Below are positions 50,034 to 59,863 of a DNA stretch of 64,000 nt, in pieces (positions within the stretch are counted from its first letter, which is position 1; each line of letters begins with the position of its first letter). The stretch comes from a virus. A model generated the notes under the pieces. The model did no database searches, had not been told where the DNA came from, and was given only the letters and a program-made list of their open reading frames with translations. Location of the stretch: the IMG/VR virus record IMGVR_UViG_3300028045_001344, positions 87,554 to 151,553 of that record; one strand, written 5' to 3'. The position numbers and the translations under genes were made by a program.

Positions 50034-50678
50034 TTATGCTTTTTTACAGATTAGCAAAGCGGTACACCCATTGATTCCCACATGACCATCATAATACCAT
50101 TCTTCATCAGGAAGGTATAAATCATAAAGTGCATTCTTTTTTTTCAATATATGAATCATTGATTGAATGGCAATATAACCTTTATCAAAGTTTCCTGTAG
50201 AATTAAAATAATCATGAGTAGTAAAAATGAAACTATTATTGGCGCGATCATAAATGTGGCTACAATCTATAGTATTGATATGGGCATCATTAAAAATAAA
50301 ATCCGTATTCTTTAAATTCTCATTATTCTCTAAAAATTTTGTACTCCAAGTACCAGGAAAAGTCTTGATTCTGTTACTTAGGGTACATTCCGTATCGACA
50401 AATTCATCCTTATTATCGCATGTATATATGATTGCCCCTGTTTCTTTAGTAGCGTTAGCCATTGAATAAGCTGATGAACCAATCCACGTACCAATCTCAA
50501 TTATTTTTTTTGGTTTAAATTCTAGACACACTAACTGTAAGAACTTGCAATCTGGTTTACTTGTTGTTTCCGTTTTATGAGTTAGCTGCAATTTGGGATA
50601 AATTATTTCCATTTCATCAGATAAAAGATGAAATTCAGAATGATGCTTCTTCTCTAAACGTTCTATAAATTGCTTCAT
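50034..50678 (-). CDS. Class I SAM-dependent O-methyltransferase-like protein
   Basis: KPKKIIEIGTWIGSS, IYTCD, DFIFND.H, THDY. Confidence 0.78.
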   Translation of the reverse strand: MKQFIERLEKKHHSEFHLLSDEMEIIYPKLQLTHKTETTSKPDCKFLQLVCLEFKPKKIIEIGTWIGSSAYSMANATKETGAIIYTCDNKDEFVDTECTLSNRIKTFPGTWSTKFLENNENLKNTDFIFNDAHINTIDCSHIYDRANNSFIFTTHDYFNSTGNFDKGYIAIQSMIHILKKKNALYDLYLPDEEWYYDGHVGINGCTALLICKKA

Positions 50679-50682
50679 TATA

Positions 50683-51288
50683 TTAAGATTTTTTCCATAC
50701 CAAAAAGACTTTTCTCACATTAGAGGTGAAATAACATTGTGTCAGGATATTACCACCGTTTTTTATGATCATCTCTTTATATTCTTCCAAAGTGGCACCT
50801 AACGGATCGGTTGATGTAGAGCGCAAATCATGTTCTGTATGTTCTATAATACAAATACCATTTTCGGTCAATGTTTGCCCCCAAGTTGATAAAGCGAGAT
50901 CAGGATCATTCGAGTGATCAAAGGCATTAGAATATATTATATCAAATCTATTATTCCATTCTGGTTTAGCTTTGTGAAAGTCCCAATTAAGTAATTTCAT
51001 TTCTGGATTGGATTCAATCACCAAATCAGTCCCAATGAAATCCACTCCGCTGGCTTGCTCAAACCAAGTGTTTTCCTTGCCGAGTTTGGCTCCATGACAA
51101 ATTCCATACTGAGGCACAATGTTTAAGCCTTTAAAGTAGGGGTCAATAAGTTCGCCCCATAAATATTTAACTTCTTCAGGATGTATCCATTCATAATTTA
51201 CATTATCTTTTACAGTTGGGTGATTATATATTCCTTTTGTTTGTGCCCCTACATATTCATCATAATTTTTGTATTCATAAAGTTTCAT
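50683..51288 (-). CDS. Methyltransferase-fold protein
   Basis: GICHGAK.G.E, IGTD, WDFH, FDIIYSNAFDHS. Confidence 0.65.
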   Translation of the reverse strand: MKLYEYKNYDEYVGAQTKGIYNHPTVKDNVNYEWIHPEEVKYLWGELIDPYFKGLNIVPQYGICHGAKLGKENTWFEQASGVDFIGTDLVIESNPEMKLLNWDFHKAKPEWNNRFDIIYSNAFDHSNDPDLALSTWGQTLTENGICIIEHTEHDLRSTSTDPLGATLEEYKEMIIKNGGNILTQCYFTSNVRKVFLVWKKS

Positions 51289-51334
51289 TTTTTGTTTTCC
51301 CCTTATAATTCGTTTCTGTGTTTCGTTTCATATC

Positions 51335-52684
51335 TTATCTCAGCCCCCTATCGCAACTGAATCCTACTTTTTTATCAATACAAAATGGAAATTCGTTTCT
51401 GGTTAAGTATTCATGTAAGATTGATTTATAAAACCTGTTTTTAAGTTCTGGTTTTAGCCATAAAAATTCTTGAACCAAATCAAAATCTAAAAATGGATAT
51501 CGACCTTCAATTCCAAAAGCACCAGGAATATTTTCTTCTTTAGCTAAGTAAGAAACTTGTGTGCTTTCGTAAAAGCTATTCCAAGGAAACACCGCTTCTA
51601 AATCATCGGGATACTTTCCACCAAAGGTACTATGATTATAAATCTTTTTTCCATCAATGCCATAATCAGAGAAAATTTCATCTGCGCCCTGTCCTGAAAA
51701 ATATATTTTAGCACCATCTTTTTTGGCTAAAGAACAAATATAAGCAAGCCCTATTGATCCTTTATCGTCGGTCATCAATTCATTTGGTGTAATAAAGTCG
51801 CTTCGCTTGATTTGATACAAAAATTCTTCTGAATTGTTTTTTACAAATTTTTGAGTTTCAGAAAATTCTTCTCTTGATAAATAAATCATTTCAGTTTCTT
51901 GTTTATGTTGTTTCAAGATTTTATGCCGATCCAAAATAATTTGTTCATCTTCTTCTGCTTTGATAGAATAAGATTTAAATTTCACATTTTGATTATTTAA
52001 TTCGCAAGCGATTGCTCCGCTGTCATAACCACTACTCAGCCCTATGAAAACCTTTTCTCTCAAATCTTTCGTTCGTTTTGCAATTGCATTTGAAAAAGCT
52101 TGAAGACAATCATCAAACGTGTCCTTGTGTTGTCTTAAGTCAAATTCTCTAATTTGAAACCGATTTTTCAATTTAAAGGTATCTAAATCTAAAACCAAAA
52201 GAGAATTTGCAGGAATTTTGTAAGCGTTATCAAAACCCACACCCTTCAAAACACTTTCATAAGAAGCAACACCGCAACGTTCTGAGTCTTTGCCTATCCA
52301 AACTGGCTTCGTCGCAAAAGTATCTGTACCAACTAGAATTTCTCGTTGAGCAAAATCATAAATAACGATGGCAAATTCACCATCCAAATATTTAAACAAC
52401 TTTTTGCCATATTTTTTGTAAAGCGGAATAATGACTTCGCCATCACTTTCGCAATCGATCCCGAATGATTCATGGTTATAAATTTCACCGTTATACATCA
52501 CAACCAAATCCTTATCTATAAATGGTTGGCTTGTAAATTGTCCTGTGATGCTTAATAAGTTGTGAAGAAAAAAATAACCATCATGATCATAAGTGCTGGT
52601 TTGATCCGGTCCTCTTTTAGAGTTATAATAATTGATAAAATCAACATTATCAGGAACAAAGTTAAATCCCGCAAAACTACACAT
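51335..52684 (-). CDS. Asparagine-synthetase-B-like glutamine amidotransferase (probably glycan amidation)
   Basis: N-terminal MC, RGPD, NGEIYN, LSSGYDS, SGQGADE, RYPFLD; located inside the glycan island. Confidence 0.85.
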   Translation of the reverse strand: MCSFAGFNFVPDNVDFINYYNSKRGPDQTSTYDHDGYFFLHNLLSITGQFTSQPFIDKDLVVMYNGEIYNHESFGIDCESDGEVIIPLYKKYGKKLFKYLDGEFAIVIYDFAQREILVGTDTFATKPVWIGKDSERCGVASYESVLKGVGFDNAYKIPANSLLVLDLDTFKLKNRFQIREFDLRQHKDTFDDCLQAFSNAIAKRTKDLREKVFIGLSSGYDSGAIACELNNQNVKFKSYSIKAEEDEQIILDRHKILKQHKQETEMIYLSREEFSETQKFVKNNSEEFLYQIKRSDFITPNELMTDDKGSIGLAYICSLAKKDGAKIYFSGQGADEIFSDYGIDGKKIYNHSTFGGKYPDDLEAVFPWNSFYESTQVSYLAKEENIPGAFGIEGRYPFLDFDLVQEFLWLKPELKNRFYKSILHEYLTRNEFPFCIDKKVGFSCDRGLR

Positions 52685-53390
52685 TTGCTAATTCCCCTAG
52701 ATATCTATAAATATATGGAATGAGGTGGGGCTGATTAATTCGCCTCTCAATAGTTTCTAAGCCCGAATCAGATTTAAGGTGAAAAATCCTTACGTCAGAA
52801 GAATCACCTAAAGCAGAAATCACACTCTCATCTAATTCCTGTATTTTCAAAATATTTTGATTTTCAAGTACATAGGATAATGCGGGACTTTCTTTATGTT
52901 TTCCTTCGGAGTTTTCAATTCTATCAATCCATTTATCCAGAAAATTTATACTTTTTGTGATATTGTTAGCCGCGAAAAATGATCCTAAATGATTAGAAAA
53001 TCCAGGTCGAGTGCGACGACATACAGTCAGATCTGTATTTGAATCCAACAACTTTATAAATTCACACTTAAACACACAATCAGCATCAATCATAATTGTG
53101 GGTATGCCAGTTTCAACTAATACTTCCTTTAAAAAGCGTGTTTTAGAGTATGTATTTTTTTGCCAACCCTTATCGTGAATATCTTCGCTCAATGCTATAA
53201 AACCTGCATCCACTATTTTAATTTTTGGAAATAGAGAAAGGTATTTTTTACTATTGCTTGACAGGCCAGTGTCATAAATATAAATTGTATCAATACTATC
53301 CAAATCTATATTATCAAACAACGAATTTATAAAAAGTCTTCCAAATTGTGCATATCCTTCATTTAGGACAGTTAATATATTATATCTCAC
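52677..53390 (-). CDS. GT-A glycosyltransferase (GT77/nucleotide-diphospho-sugar transferase-like)
   Basis: IYDTGLS, K..FL, MIDAD (DxD), FLDKW, IFHLK; start set at GTG 53390. Confidence 0.65.
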   Translation of the reverse strand: MRYNILTVLNEGYAQFGRLFINSLFDNIDLDSIDTIYIYDTGLSSNSKKYLSLFPKIKIVDAGFIALSEDIHDKGWQKNTYSKTRFLKEVLVETGIPTIMIDADCVFKCEFIKLLDSNTDLTVCRRTRPGFSNHLGSFFAANNITKSINFLDKWIDRIENSEGKHKESPALSYVLENQNILKIQELDESVISALGDSSDVRIFHLKSDSGLETIERRINQPHLIPYIYRYLGELANV

Positions 53391-54231
53391 CAAGCATCCT
53401 TTGGAACATATTTTCTGCCTCTTGCCTAGCATCACGCAATCCCACTACAAATTCGAACCCTGTAGTGTTGAACCAAGGCTCTGATGCGATACCCATCAAT
53501 CGGCGCGGAGCAATAATGTTAACTCCCATTATTTTACATTCTATGGCAATTCTAGGAGTCGGCTCTGGATGACCAGTCATAAATACTAGATTTTCATATT
53601 CGCTCAAAATTTCTAGAAACTTAGCATTATTATTATGAGAGATTAGATCATATTCATATCCGTTCTTGAGGCAAAAATTCGCTGCTTCTTGCGTTTTTTT
53701 AATAGGATTTGAAGATTTTATAACTGCATATTTTTTCTTTTTCTTTTTCTTTGAAAGAGATAGTAAAAATTCGATCAACTCCTCTGAAAAAAGACTTGTT
53801 CTAATATTTTCTAAATTATCTAAATCTAAGTTTTTTTCATAAATTTCTTTTTGCATTTGACTCAAGCAGATTACGCGATGGGCTTTCTTATAAAAATTTA
53901 TATTAGTGAGCTGTGAGTCTGGTGCAACAAAGTCGGGATAAGTGATGGGGTTCCTATTTTTTAAAAATTTATAATCATGTTCATATATTGAATAAACACC
54001 GTATTTATACAGTGCTGCTTTTGCAACAGTAGGTAAAAAAGCAAAATTAGAAATAATATAATATTTATCGATATTATCTAGGATATAAGCCTCAGATAAT
54101 CGTTCTGATTTTATCTTGGCATATAAAAGATCTTTAGAAGCTAAAAAACTAATCAATGTATCATCATTGATTTCAGCACCACCAGTCACCTCTTCTTTAA
54201 AAAAATCAGCTACAAAGACTACTTGCTTCAC
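53380..54231 (-). CDS. GT-B (GT4-like) glycosyltransferase
   Basis: GGAE, YEHD, VICLS, PEPTPRIAIECKIMG (Ex7E). Confidence 0.68.
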   Translation of the reverse strand: MKQVVFVADFFKEEVTGGAEINDDTLISFLASKDLLYAKIKSERLSEAYILDNIDKYYIISNFAFLPTVAKAALYKYGVYSIYEHDYKFLKNRNPITYPDFVAPDSQLTNINFYKKAHRVICLSQMQKEIYEKNLDLDNLENIRTSLFSEELIEFLLSLSKKKKKKKYAVIKSSNPIKKTQEAANFCLKNGYEYDLISHNNNAKFLEILSEYENLVFMTGHPEPTPRIAIECKIMGVNIIAPRRLMGIASEPWFNTTGFEFVVGLRDARQEAENMFQRMLGEI

Positions 54232-55484
54232 AACAATTCCATTGTATTATTTGTAGCCATCCACTCTAAGTCTTTTTTTGATCCGGGCGAAACTGAATCA
54301 CAAAATCTATCATACTGTGTTTCACAGGAAAATGTCTTTAGAACATACTTTTGTAATTTTTTTGCTTTAGATTTATATCCACCAATTGACTTGAACATAG
54401 ATTTGAGTGCTTTCTTATATGACCATTCTTTGGCAAAGCACCACTGGGAGTCAGCTTGGATAACTCCTTCCCACCGGGCTTCTGGTTGTATCTCTTTTAT
54501 GTCATAAGAAACAGGAGCAAACATAGGTGTGTTTTTTACTTTCCCTTTTTTATCTTTTATGGGCATATAGAGAAAATCACATTGTCCGCCCCATGGAGTA
54601 GTCATGATAGGAAGCGCATTATACGCGGCTTCAAACATCGGTAATCCAAAGCCTTCTCCGTGACCAATATTTATCAAAGCCTTTACTTTGGGGTGTTGAT
54701 AAAGTCCTGTCATTTCTCTTTCGTTAAGATCTCCGTGTAACAAATATATATTACATTTACGACCCTTGTACTCATGCAACAGGTCTTGTAATTTTATCTC
54801 TGCTGCTCTGCGATCTCTTAATGAATTTTTTGCTAGCGAAGTTTTTACAATAAGACCCACTTCTTGATCATAAAATTCTTCTATAAACCATTTGATAGTG
54901 TTCTCTAGATTCTTCCTGGGAATCCAAGTACCCACGGTAAGAAAGTTGAACTCATCTTTTAGTTCTAGATTTATCTCAACGGGCTTTACTTCTTTAACCG
55001 GATATCCTACTACATCAATGGGGCAAGTCACCTTAGCCATAAACTGTTCACCAGTTTGAGGATTATTGGCATTATACTCGGTGTTTTCAAAGCCAAATCT
55101 AGCATGTTCTGATACAACAATAATTTTATCCATCAAGAAGGATTTTTCAACCCACACGGGTGCAATTTTGGTAGTTTCAATTCCTGCGGTAACTCCAATG
55201 TTTATTGGGGCTATTTTTTCCCATTCATTAGGTATTGTAACCTGTAAAGAAATATCGAATTGACCTCCCCCTTGCGAATACCTAATTGTTTTTTGTAGTA
55301 AGAAATCTATCCATTGTCGTTCTTCGGTGTCTTCCCAAAGCCACCCTGTTTGACCCCAATTAGTTGCAACTAAATAAATATCAAATAAGTCAGACTGACT
55401 TCTCAAGGAACGAAGCACAAATCTGGTATGTTCTCCGTATCCACTTTGACTTAAGGCTGGGCCTCTTACAAAAACTTTTTTCAT
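54228..55484 (-). CDS. GT4-family glycosyltransferase
   Basis: SGYG, RKN, GEGFGLPMFEAA, WGGQCDFL; start ATG 55484 (ATGA overlap). Confidence 0.85.
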   Translation of the reverse strand: MKKVFVRGPALSQSGYGEHTRFVLRSLRSQSDLFDIYLVATNWGQTGWLWEDTEERQWIDFLLQKTIRYSQGGGQFDISLQVTIPNEWEKIAPINIGVTAGIETTKIAPVWVEKSFLMDKIIVVSEHARFGFENTEYNANNPQTGEQFMAKVTCPIDVVGYPVKEVKPVEINLELKDEFNFLTVGTWIPRKNLENTIKWFIEEFYDQEVGLIVKTSLAKNSLRDRRAAEIKLQDLLHEYKGRKCNIYLLHGDLNEREMTGLYQHPKVKALINIGHGEGFGLPMFEAAYNALPIMTTPWGGQCDFLYMPIKDKKGKVKNTPMFAPVSYDIKEIQPEARWEGVIQADSQWCFAKEWSYKKALKSMFKSIGGYKSKAKKLQKYVLKTFSCETQYDRFCDSVSPGSKKDLEWMATNNTMELL

Positions 55485-56824
55485 ACTTCCCTCAACTCCC
55501 AAGATTGATATCCAGTGCGTGTATCCCATGAACCATATTTTTCATATGTGCCTGTCATTAACTTCTCCCATTGATTTGCAAAGTTTTCAAAATTATAATT
55601 CGTTTCAATGTGTTTACAACAACGTTCGCCCATCACAGTACGTTCTTCAGTCGTCATCTCATACATTGTCATCAGGGCATCAACTATTTGCTTTTCACAT
55701 AAACGATCTTCATAAATAAAAGGAACTTCCTGTGAACCTATGATTGCCTTAGAAGAAGGTTCTAATCCAATCCCATGCTCAAATAATGTATTTCCCTTAT
55801 TTTTCTTATTTCTCTTAAGCATCATCTCCTGAGAAACGCTCTCTAGGTTGGTTACTTGCTCTTGTAAACCCCCAGTCATTGTTACTATGATGGGTGTTCC
55901 ACAAGATAAAGATTCAAAAGTCGCCAAACCAAACCCTTCAGCATCGGAAACATTAATTGTGCAGTCAGCCGCATTATATAAAGAAGCTAACGCATCAGGT
56001 GGGATTTTAGCGCCTGAAATAAGAACTTCTCTATTTTCAAGCCCCAACTCATTAATAATCGCAAACAAATCCTGTCCGTTTGGATCATTGGCTGCTGTGT
56101 GCATTAACAATGTAGCGTTTGCACCTTTGTGTTTTTGCTTAAGTTTTTTCAAAAATGTGTTGAACCAAAAAATCAAAGAGCCACTTTGTTTGCGTCGGGC
56201 ATTTCGATTATTCCAAAATACAAGCATGTGTTTATCATCTTCAATTCCAAAATGTTGCTTTCTAAAAGAGGCGATAGTCGAATCATTTTGTTTGGTAAAT
56301 AACTCCGAAGGAATCGCGTGAGGAATATATTGCTCTGTTACGTCCGGGGATACCGTTTTTACAATATCGGAAGTCAATTTAGAAATGGTTGCTATTACAT
56401 CAGTAGAATCATACCAAATTTTATTAAATTTTGGATAAGGATAATTATCCCATACGTGATAATATACCATAGGAACCAAAGACCTAACTTCATTTTCAAT
56501 ATCCCATAACCATGGATAAAAACGTGGATCAGTCATAAACCAGAGAATGTCGGGTTTATGTGAACGAAGAACTGACCGTATTGTTTCGGCGTTTCCATAA
56601 CCATCAATAGGATATATGACCCAATCATCTCCAAATTCCTCTACTTTCTGAGGTTCATAATTTTGGTGTTTCATCGCACCACCAAGACTAACAAATTCGA
56701 ATTTTCCTGTCTTGAGGAGTTCAACAATAAAATATTTTGTTTGGGTTCCTACACCAGAGGGTGAAAGTGGGTGGTCGGATATAGTTAGAATTTTAATCTT
56801 TTTTTCGGGTTTTGGTTCTGCCAT
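55481..56824 (-). CDS. GT4-family glycosyltransferase
   Basis: SDHP..SGVG, IPH, NRNARRK, LYNAAD, EGFGLATFESLSCGTP, TGGLQEQ; start ATG 56824 (RBS AGGAG). Confidence 0.87.
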   Translation of the reverse strand: MAEPKPEKKIKILTISDHPLSPSGVGTQTKYFIVELLKTGKFEFVSLGGAMKHQNYEPQKVEEFGDDWVIYPIDGYGNAETIRSVLRSHKPDILWFMTDPRFYPWLWDIENEVRSLVPMVYYHVWDNYPYPKFNKIWYDSTDVIATISKLTSDIVKTVSPDVTEQYIPHAIPSELFTKQNDSTIASFRKQHFGIEDDKHMLVFWNNRNARRKQSGSLIFWFNTFLKKLKQKHKGANATLLMHTAANDPNGQDLFAIINELGLENREVLISGAKIPPDALASLYNAADCTINVSDAEGFGLATFESLSCGTPIIVTMTGGLQEQVTNLESVSQEMMLKRNKKNKGNTLFEHGIGLEPSSKAIIGSQEVPFIYEDRLCEKQIVDALMTMYEMTTEERTVMGERCCKHIETNYNFENFANQWEKLMTGTYEKYGSWDTRTGYQSWELREV

Positions 56825-56832
56825 TAGTCTCC

Positions 56833-57600
56833 TTAAGGGCACCACTCCGTTCTGTGAAATTCACACTTCGCACAACTAAGACGATTTTTGGGGTGGTTCT
56901 TATTATGGATATTATACACCGCCTTGTTTAAAACATTAAGCGAATTGTTTATTTTTTTTTGTCCGCTGGAAACTCTAAAGATTTCAATCCTGTTTTTCTT
57001 GGCTGTTCGCTTCAATAATCCAAAGTATGTTTCTACCATAGTTGGATCAATATTGTGTTTCTTACAAAAGAAGTGCTTATAATAAGTGAGCTGGTATGTA
57101 ACCATTTTATCTGTCTTTCGTCTTATGTCCCAACCCCAAGAACACGACTTCCAATCTATAATGTGATATTTTCCATCAGGTGTTTTAATAACAAGATCTA
57201 GAAAGCCCTTATAGTCATAGTTACCTGGGCTGTCTATAATAGGTTCGAAGATTTGTTCTTCTGCTGAGATGACTGTATATTGTGGAAACTTTAGTTTCAG
57301 TGCTTTTAGAACTAGCGCAGCCAGTTCAACACCATGCACTTTCATGTCACCAATCATTTTTTGTTCTTTGATTGTTATTTCTTCTAACTTTCCTAGTTCT
57401 TCATCAAATGAGTTACTGAAAATCTTATCATAATCTTCTGTGTTATCTAAAACTAATTTTTCACAGGCTTCATGAAGCGCAGATCCAAAAGCAGTATAAA
57501 CATTTCCTGTGAATCCCTTTAATTTATCTATGTAAGTTAGTTTATGATAAAAGGGGCAAAAGTCCCAGTTTTTGAGTGCGCTAAAAGATACATGAGGCAT
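56833..57600 (-). CDS. PD-(D/E)XK nuclease, Cas4/RecB(AddB)-like, with four-Cys cluster
   Basis: SFS..CP, FGSALH, GFLD, IIDWKS, QLTYY, CAKCEF..CP; start ATG 57600 (RBS AGGAG). Confidence 0.85.
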   Translation of the reverse strand: MPHVSFSALKNWDFCPFYHKLTYIDKLKGFTGNVYTAFGSALHEACEKLVLDNTEDYDKIFSNSFDEELGKLEEITIKEQKMIGDMKVHGVELAALVLKALKLKFPQYTVISAEEQIFEPIIDSPGNYDYKGFLDLVIKTPDGKYHIIDWKSCSWGWDIRRKTDKMVTYQLTYYKHFFCKKHNIDPTMVETYFGLLKRTAKKNRIEIFRVSSGQKKINNSLNVLNKAVYNIHNKNHPKNRLSCAKCEFHRTEWCP

Positions 57601-57637
57601 ATTAACTCCTTGTGGCATAAGCCAACGTTATAGTAAT

Positions 57638-57666
57638 ATTCTATCATGTAAAAGAGAAGAAGTCAA
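57638..57666 (-). promoter_or_regulatory. sigma70-type promoter upstream of the nuclease/glycan operon
   Basis: TTGACT-N17-TAGAAT with extended -10 TG. Confidence 0.6.
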
Positions 57667-57673
57667 AGAGTAT

Positions 57674-58366
57674 TTAACTAATTTCATTATATATTTTATT
57701 AATCTTGGAGTAAAGTACAGGATTTACATTCTTTAATAAATCAGGATCTCCAAATAAATATTCTTCAACACCATTTGCAAAATATTCACGAATTGATGTA
57801 ACCGAATAAGGAGAAATAAATAAATTTGGAATTATTAATGAAAGACGGTCATAACCTATCTCATTATATAATAAATCATCTAATTCATCAGTGAGATCAG
57901 GATCAAAAAAGATATTTCTAGAAAAGTAAAAGCCTTCATGATTTAGTAAAGAAATTAGCTTATCTTTTTTGGCTTTAAATTCATTTTGAATTAATTTATC
58001 ACCATAAATTTCATAGCCCATCTTTTCTTCTAAGGCATGTGCTAATTCATGACAGATGTTTCTAGCAATCAATTCTTCAGAAGCATAATCTATATTTTTA
58101 AAAGAAGATAAATAAATAACACCATCTTTAAACATAGCCTCAATATTTCTTTCTTCTAACTCTTTAAAATCACCTATATAGATTCCATCTATAAGATTTA
58201 AGATTTGTGAAGGAATGTTTTTCTCTAAATTCTTAATAATGTTATTGAAGTCAATATCATTTGGAAGTTTATTTACAACAACGACAGGCACAAGGCCTTT
58301 TAAAAGAGAGAATTCATTTCTGTTTTTTAATGCGTGAGAAGAACTGCTTTTTATATAATCTTTCAT
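57674..58366 (-). CDS. Zincin-like HExxH protein (putative metallopeptidase)
   Basis: HELAHAL and downstream PY...REYFA. Confidence 0.6.
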   Translation of the reverse strand: MKDYIKSSSSHALKNRNEFSLLKGLVPVVVVNKLPNDIDFNNIIKNLEKNIPSQILNLIDGIYIGDFKELEERNIEAMFKDGVIYLSSFKNIDYASEELIARNICHELAHALEEKMGYEIYGDKLIQNEFKAKKDKLISLLNHEGFYFSRNIFFDPDLTDELDDLLYNEIGYDRLSLIIPNLFISPYSVTSIREYFANGVEEYLFGDPDLLKNVNPVLYSKINKIYNEIS

Positions 58367-58388
58367 ATATTTAAATAATGTATCTTAA

Positions 58389-58417
58389 TTAATATCATGC
58401 TTCGCAAAGTCTGTCAA
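58389..58417 (-). promoter_or_regulatory. Possible sigma70-type promoter
   Basis: TTGACA-N17-TATTAA with TG extension, upstream of ATG 58366. Confidence 0.4.
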
Positions 58418-58425
58418 GTTAAAAG

Positions 58426-59751
58426 TTAAAGATTTTTTGCACATAAGGTTGCGACCTTGCTTCTTTCACCTTTAATAAATGTGATATGTCCTGTGATATC
58501 AAAATATTTTAATTTTTCAATCACGTAGGTTAAACCGTTTGTAGTCTCATCAATATTCACATTATCTATTTGTTCAATGTCACCAGTCAAAACAATTTTA
58601 GTTCCTTCACCTACTCTAGTAAGTATAGTCTTTATTTCATGCCGTGTCAAGTTCTGGCACTCATCAATAATAATATAAGCATTTTGAATTGAGCGACCAC
58701 GAATATAAGTTAGAGCCTCGACTTCAATTATTCTTTTATCCATATACGACTCTAGCATTAAATTATCATCACCAAATAAGAATCTTAAGTTATCTTGAAT
58801 TGGCGCAAGCCATGGCACCATTTTATCCTCTAGAGATCCAGGTAAATAGCCAATGTCTTTTCCCATGGGTTGAACTGGTCTAGAAACAATTAATCTATTA
58901 TATACTGAAGATTCTCCCATTATCTGTTGCAATCCCGCTGCAATAGCACACAAAGTCTTTCCGCTTCCTGCTTTACCAATAAGAGAAACCACAGGAACAT
59001 TTGGATCTAAAAGTAAATCCAACGCACAATTTTGTTCTTTGTTTTTTGGTGCTATGCCCCATCCATCTGATTCTTTATGTTGAGGAATTTTTTTAAATTC
59101 TGTATTCTCATCAATGAATCTAGTAATTGCTGTTTTCTTTTCATTCGACGAAGATACCAGCATTACATATTGATTGGGATATAATTCTGCTTTGTCATCT
59201 ATCGCATTATACAGATAAACGCTTTCACCTGTATAGAAACGGTCAATTATTTGATCATCCACAAGTAGCTTTGTAAAGCCACCATACAATTCAGAACTTT
59301 CCTTTATAACATTTTCGCTACTATAGTTTTCTGCATTTACTCCAATAGCATCACACTTAATTCTTAGGTTAATATCGTTGGATACTAATATCACCTTACG
59401 GCTTGGAAACTCTTTTATAAGTGTAAGTGCGGCGGCAATAATTTGATGATCGGCTGTATTAGGATCATAACCAGAAGGAAGTTCTGATAAATCTGGTGTT
59501 TTAGTAAAAACCAAGCCCCGGCCTTTTCTAATTCGAATTCCTTTTTGAAAACTTCCTCTATTTCGTAATTCGTCTAGGGTTCTAATAATTCCTCTAGCAT
59601 TTGCACCGACACCGTTTGGTCTTTTTTTGTTGTTGTCTAATTCTTCTAACACTACAAGGGGAACATATACATCTCCATTTCCATAAGAAAAGATTGAATT
59701 ACAATCTGTGAGGTAAACGCTCGTATCAAGAACATAAATCTTTTTTGCCAT
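58426..59751 (-). CDS. phoH: PIN-PhoH family protein
   Basis: PIN domain: VLDTSV, VLEELD, D..I, SNDINLR. PhoH domain: GKAGSGKT, IGYLPG, YIRGRS, DECQN, TGD..QID. Confidence 0.93.
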   Translation of the reverse strand: MAKKIYVLDTSVYLTDCNSIFSYGNGDVYVPLVVLEELDNNKKRPNGVGANARGIIRTLDELRNRGSFQKGIRIRKGRGLVFTKTPDLSELPSGYDPNTADHQIIAAALTLIKEFPSRKVILVSNDINLRIKCDAIGVNAENYSSENVIKESSELYGGFTKLLVDDQIIDRFYTGESVYLYNAIDDKAELYPNQYVMLVSSSNEKKTAITRFIDENTEFKKIPQHKESDGWGIAPKNKEQNCALDLLLDPNVPVVSLIGKAGSGKTLCAIAAGLQQIMGESSVYNRLIVSRPVQPMGKDIGYLPGSLEDKMVPWLAPIQDNLRFLFGDDNLMLESYMDKRIIEVEALTYIRGRSIQNAYIIIDECQNLTRHEIKTILTRVGEGTKIVLTGDIEQIDNVNIDETTNGLTYVIEKLKYFDITGHITFIKGERSKVATLCAKNL

Positions 59752-59863
59752 ATTTTACTTCCGTTGTTTGTTTTTGGTGCTGATAATTCAGCCCTTAATA
59801 CTAAATAGCCAAGCCGTTTGAGAATTTTCTTTATAGTTACTTTGTAGGGAAAAAAAAATAATC

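Noticed and set aside
56833-57600. CRISPR-Cas locus
   Set aside because: It is a solo Cas4/RecB-like nuclease; no cas1/cas2 and no repeat-spacer array were seen.
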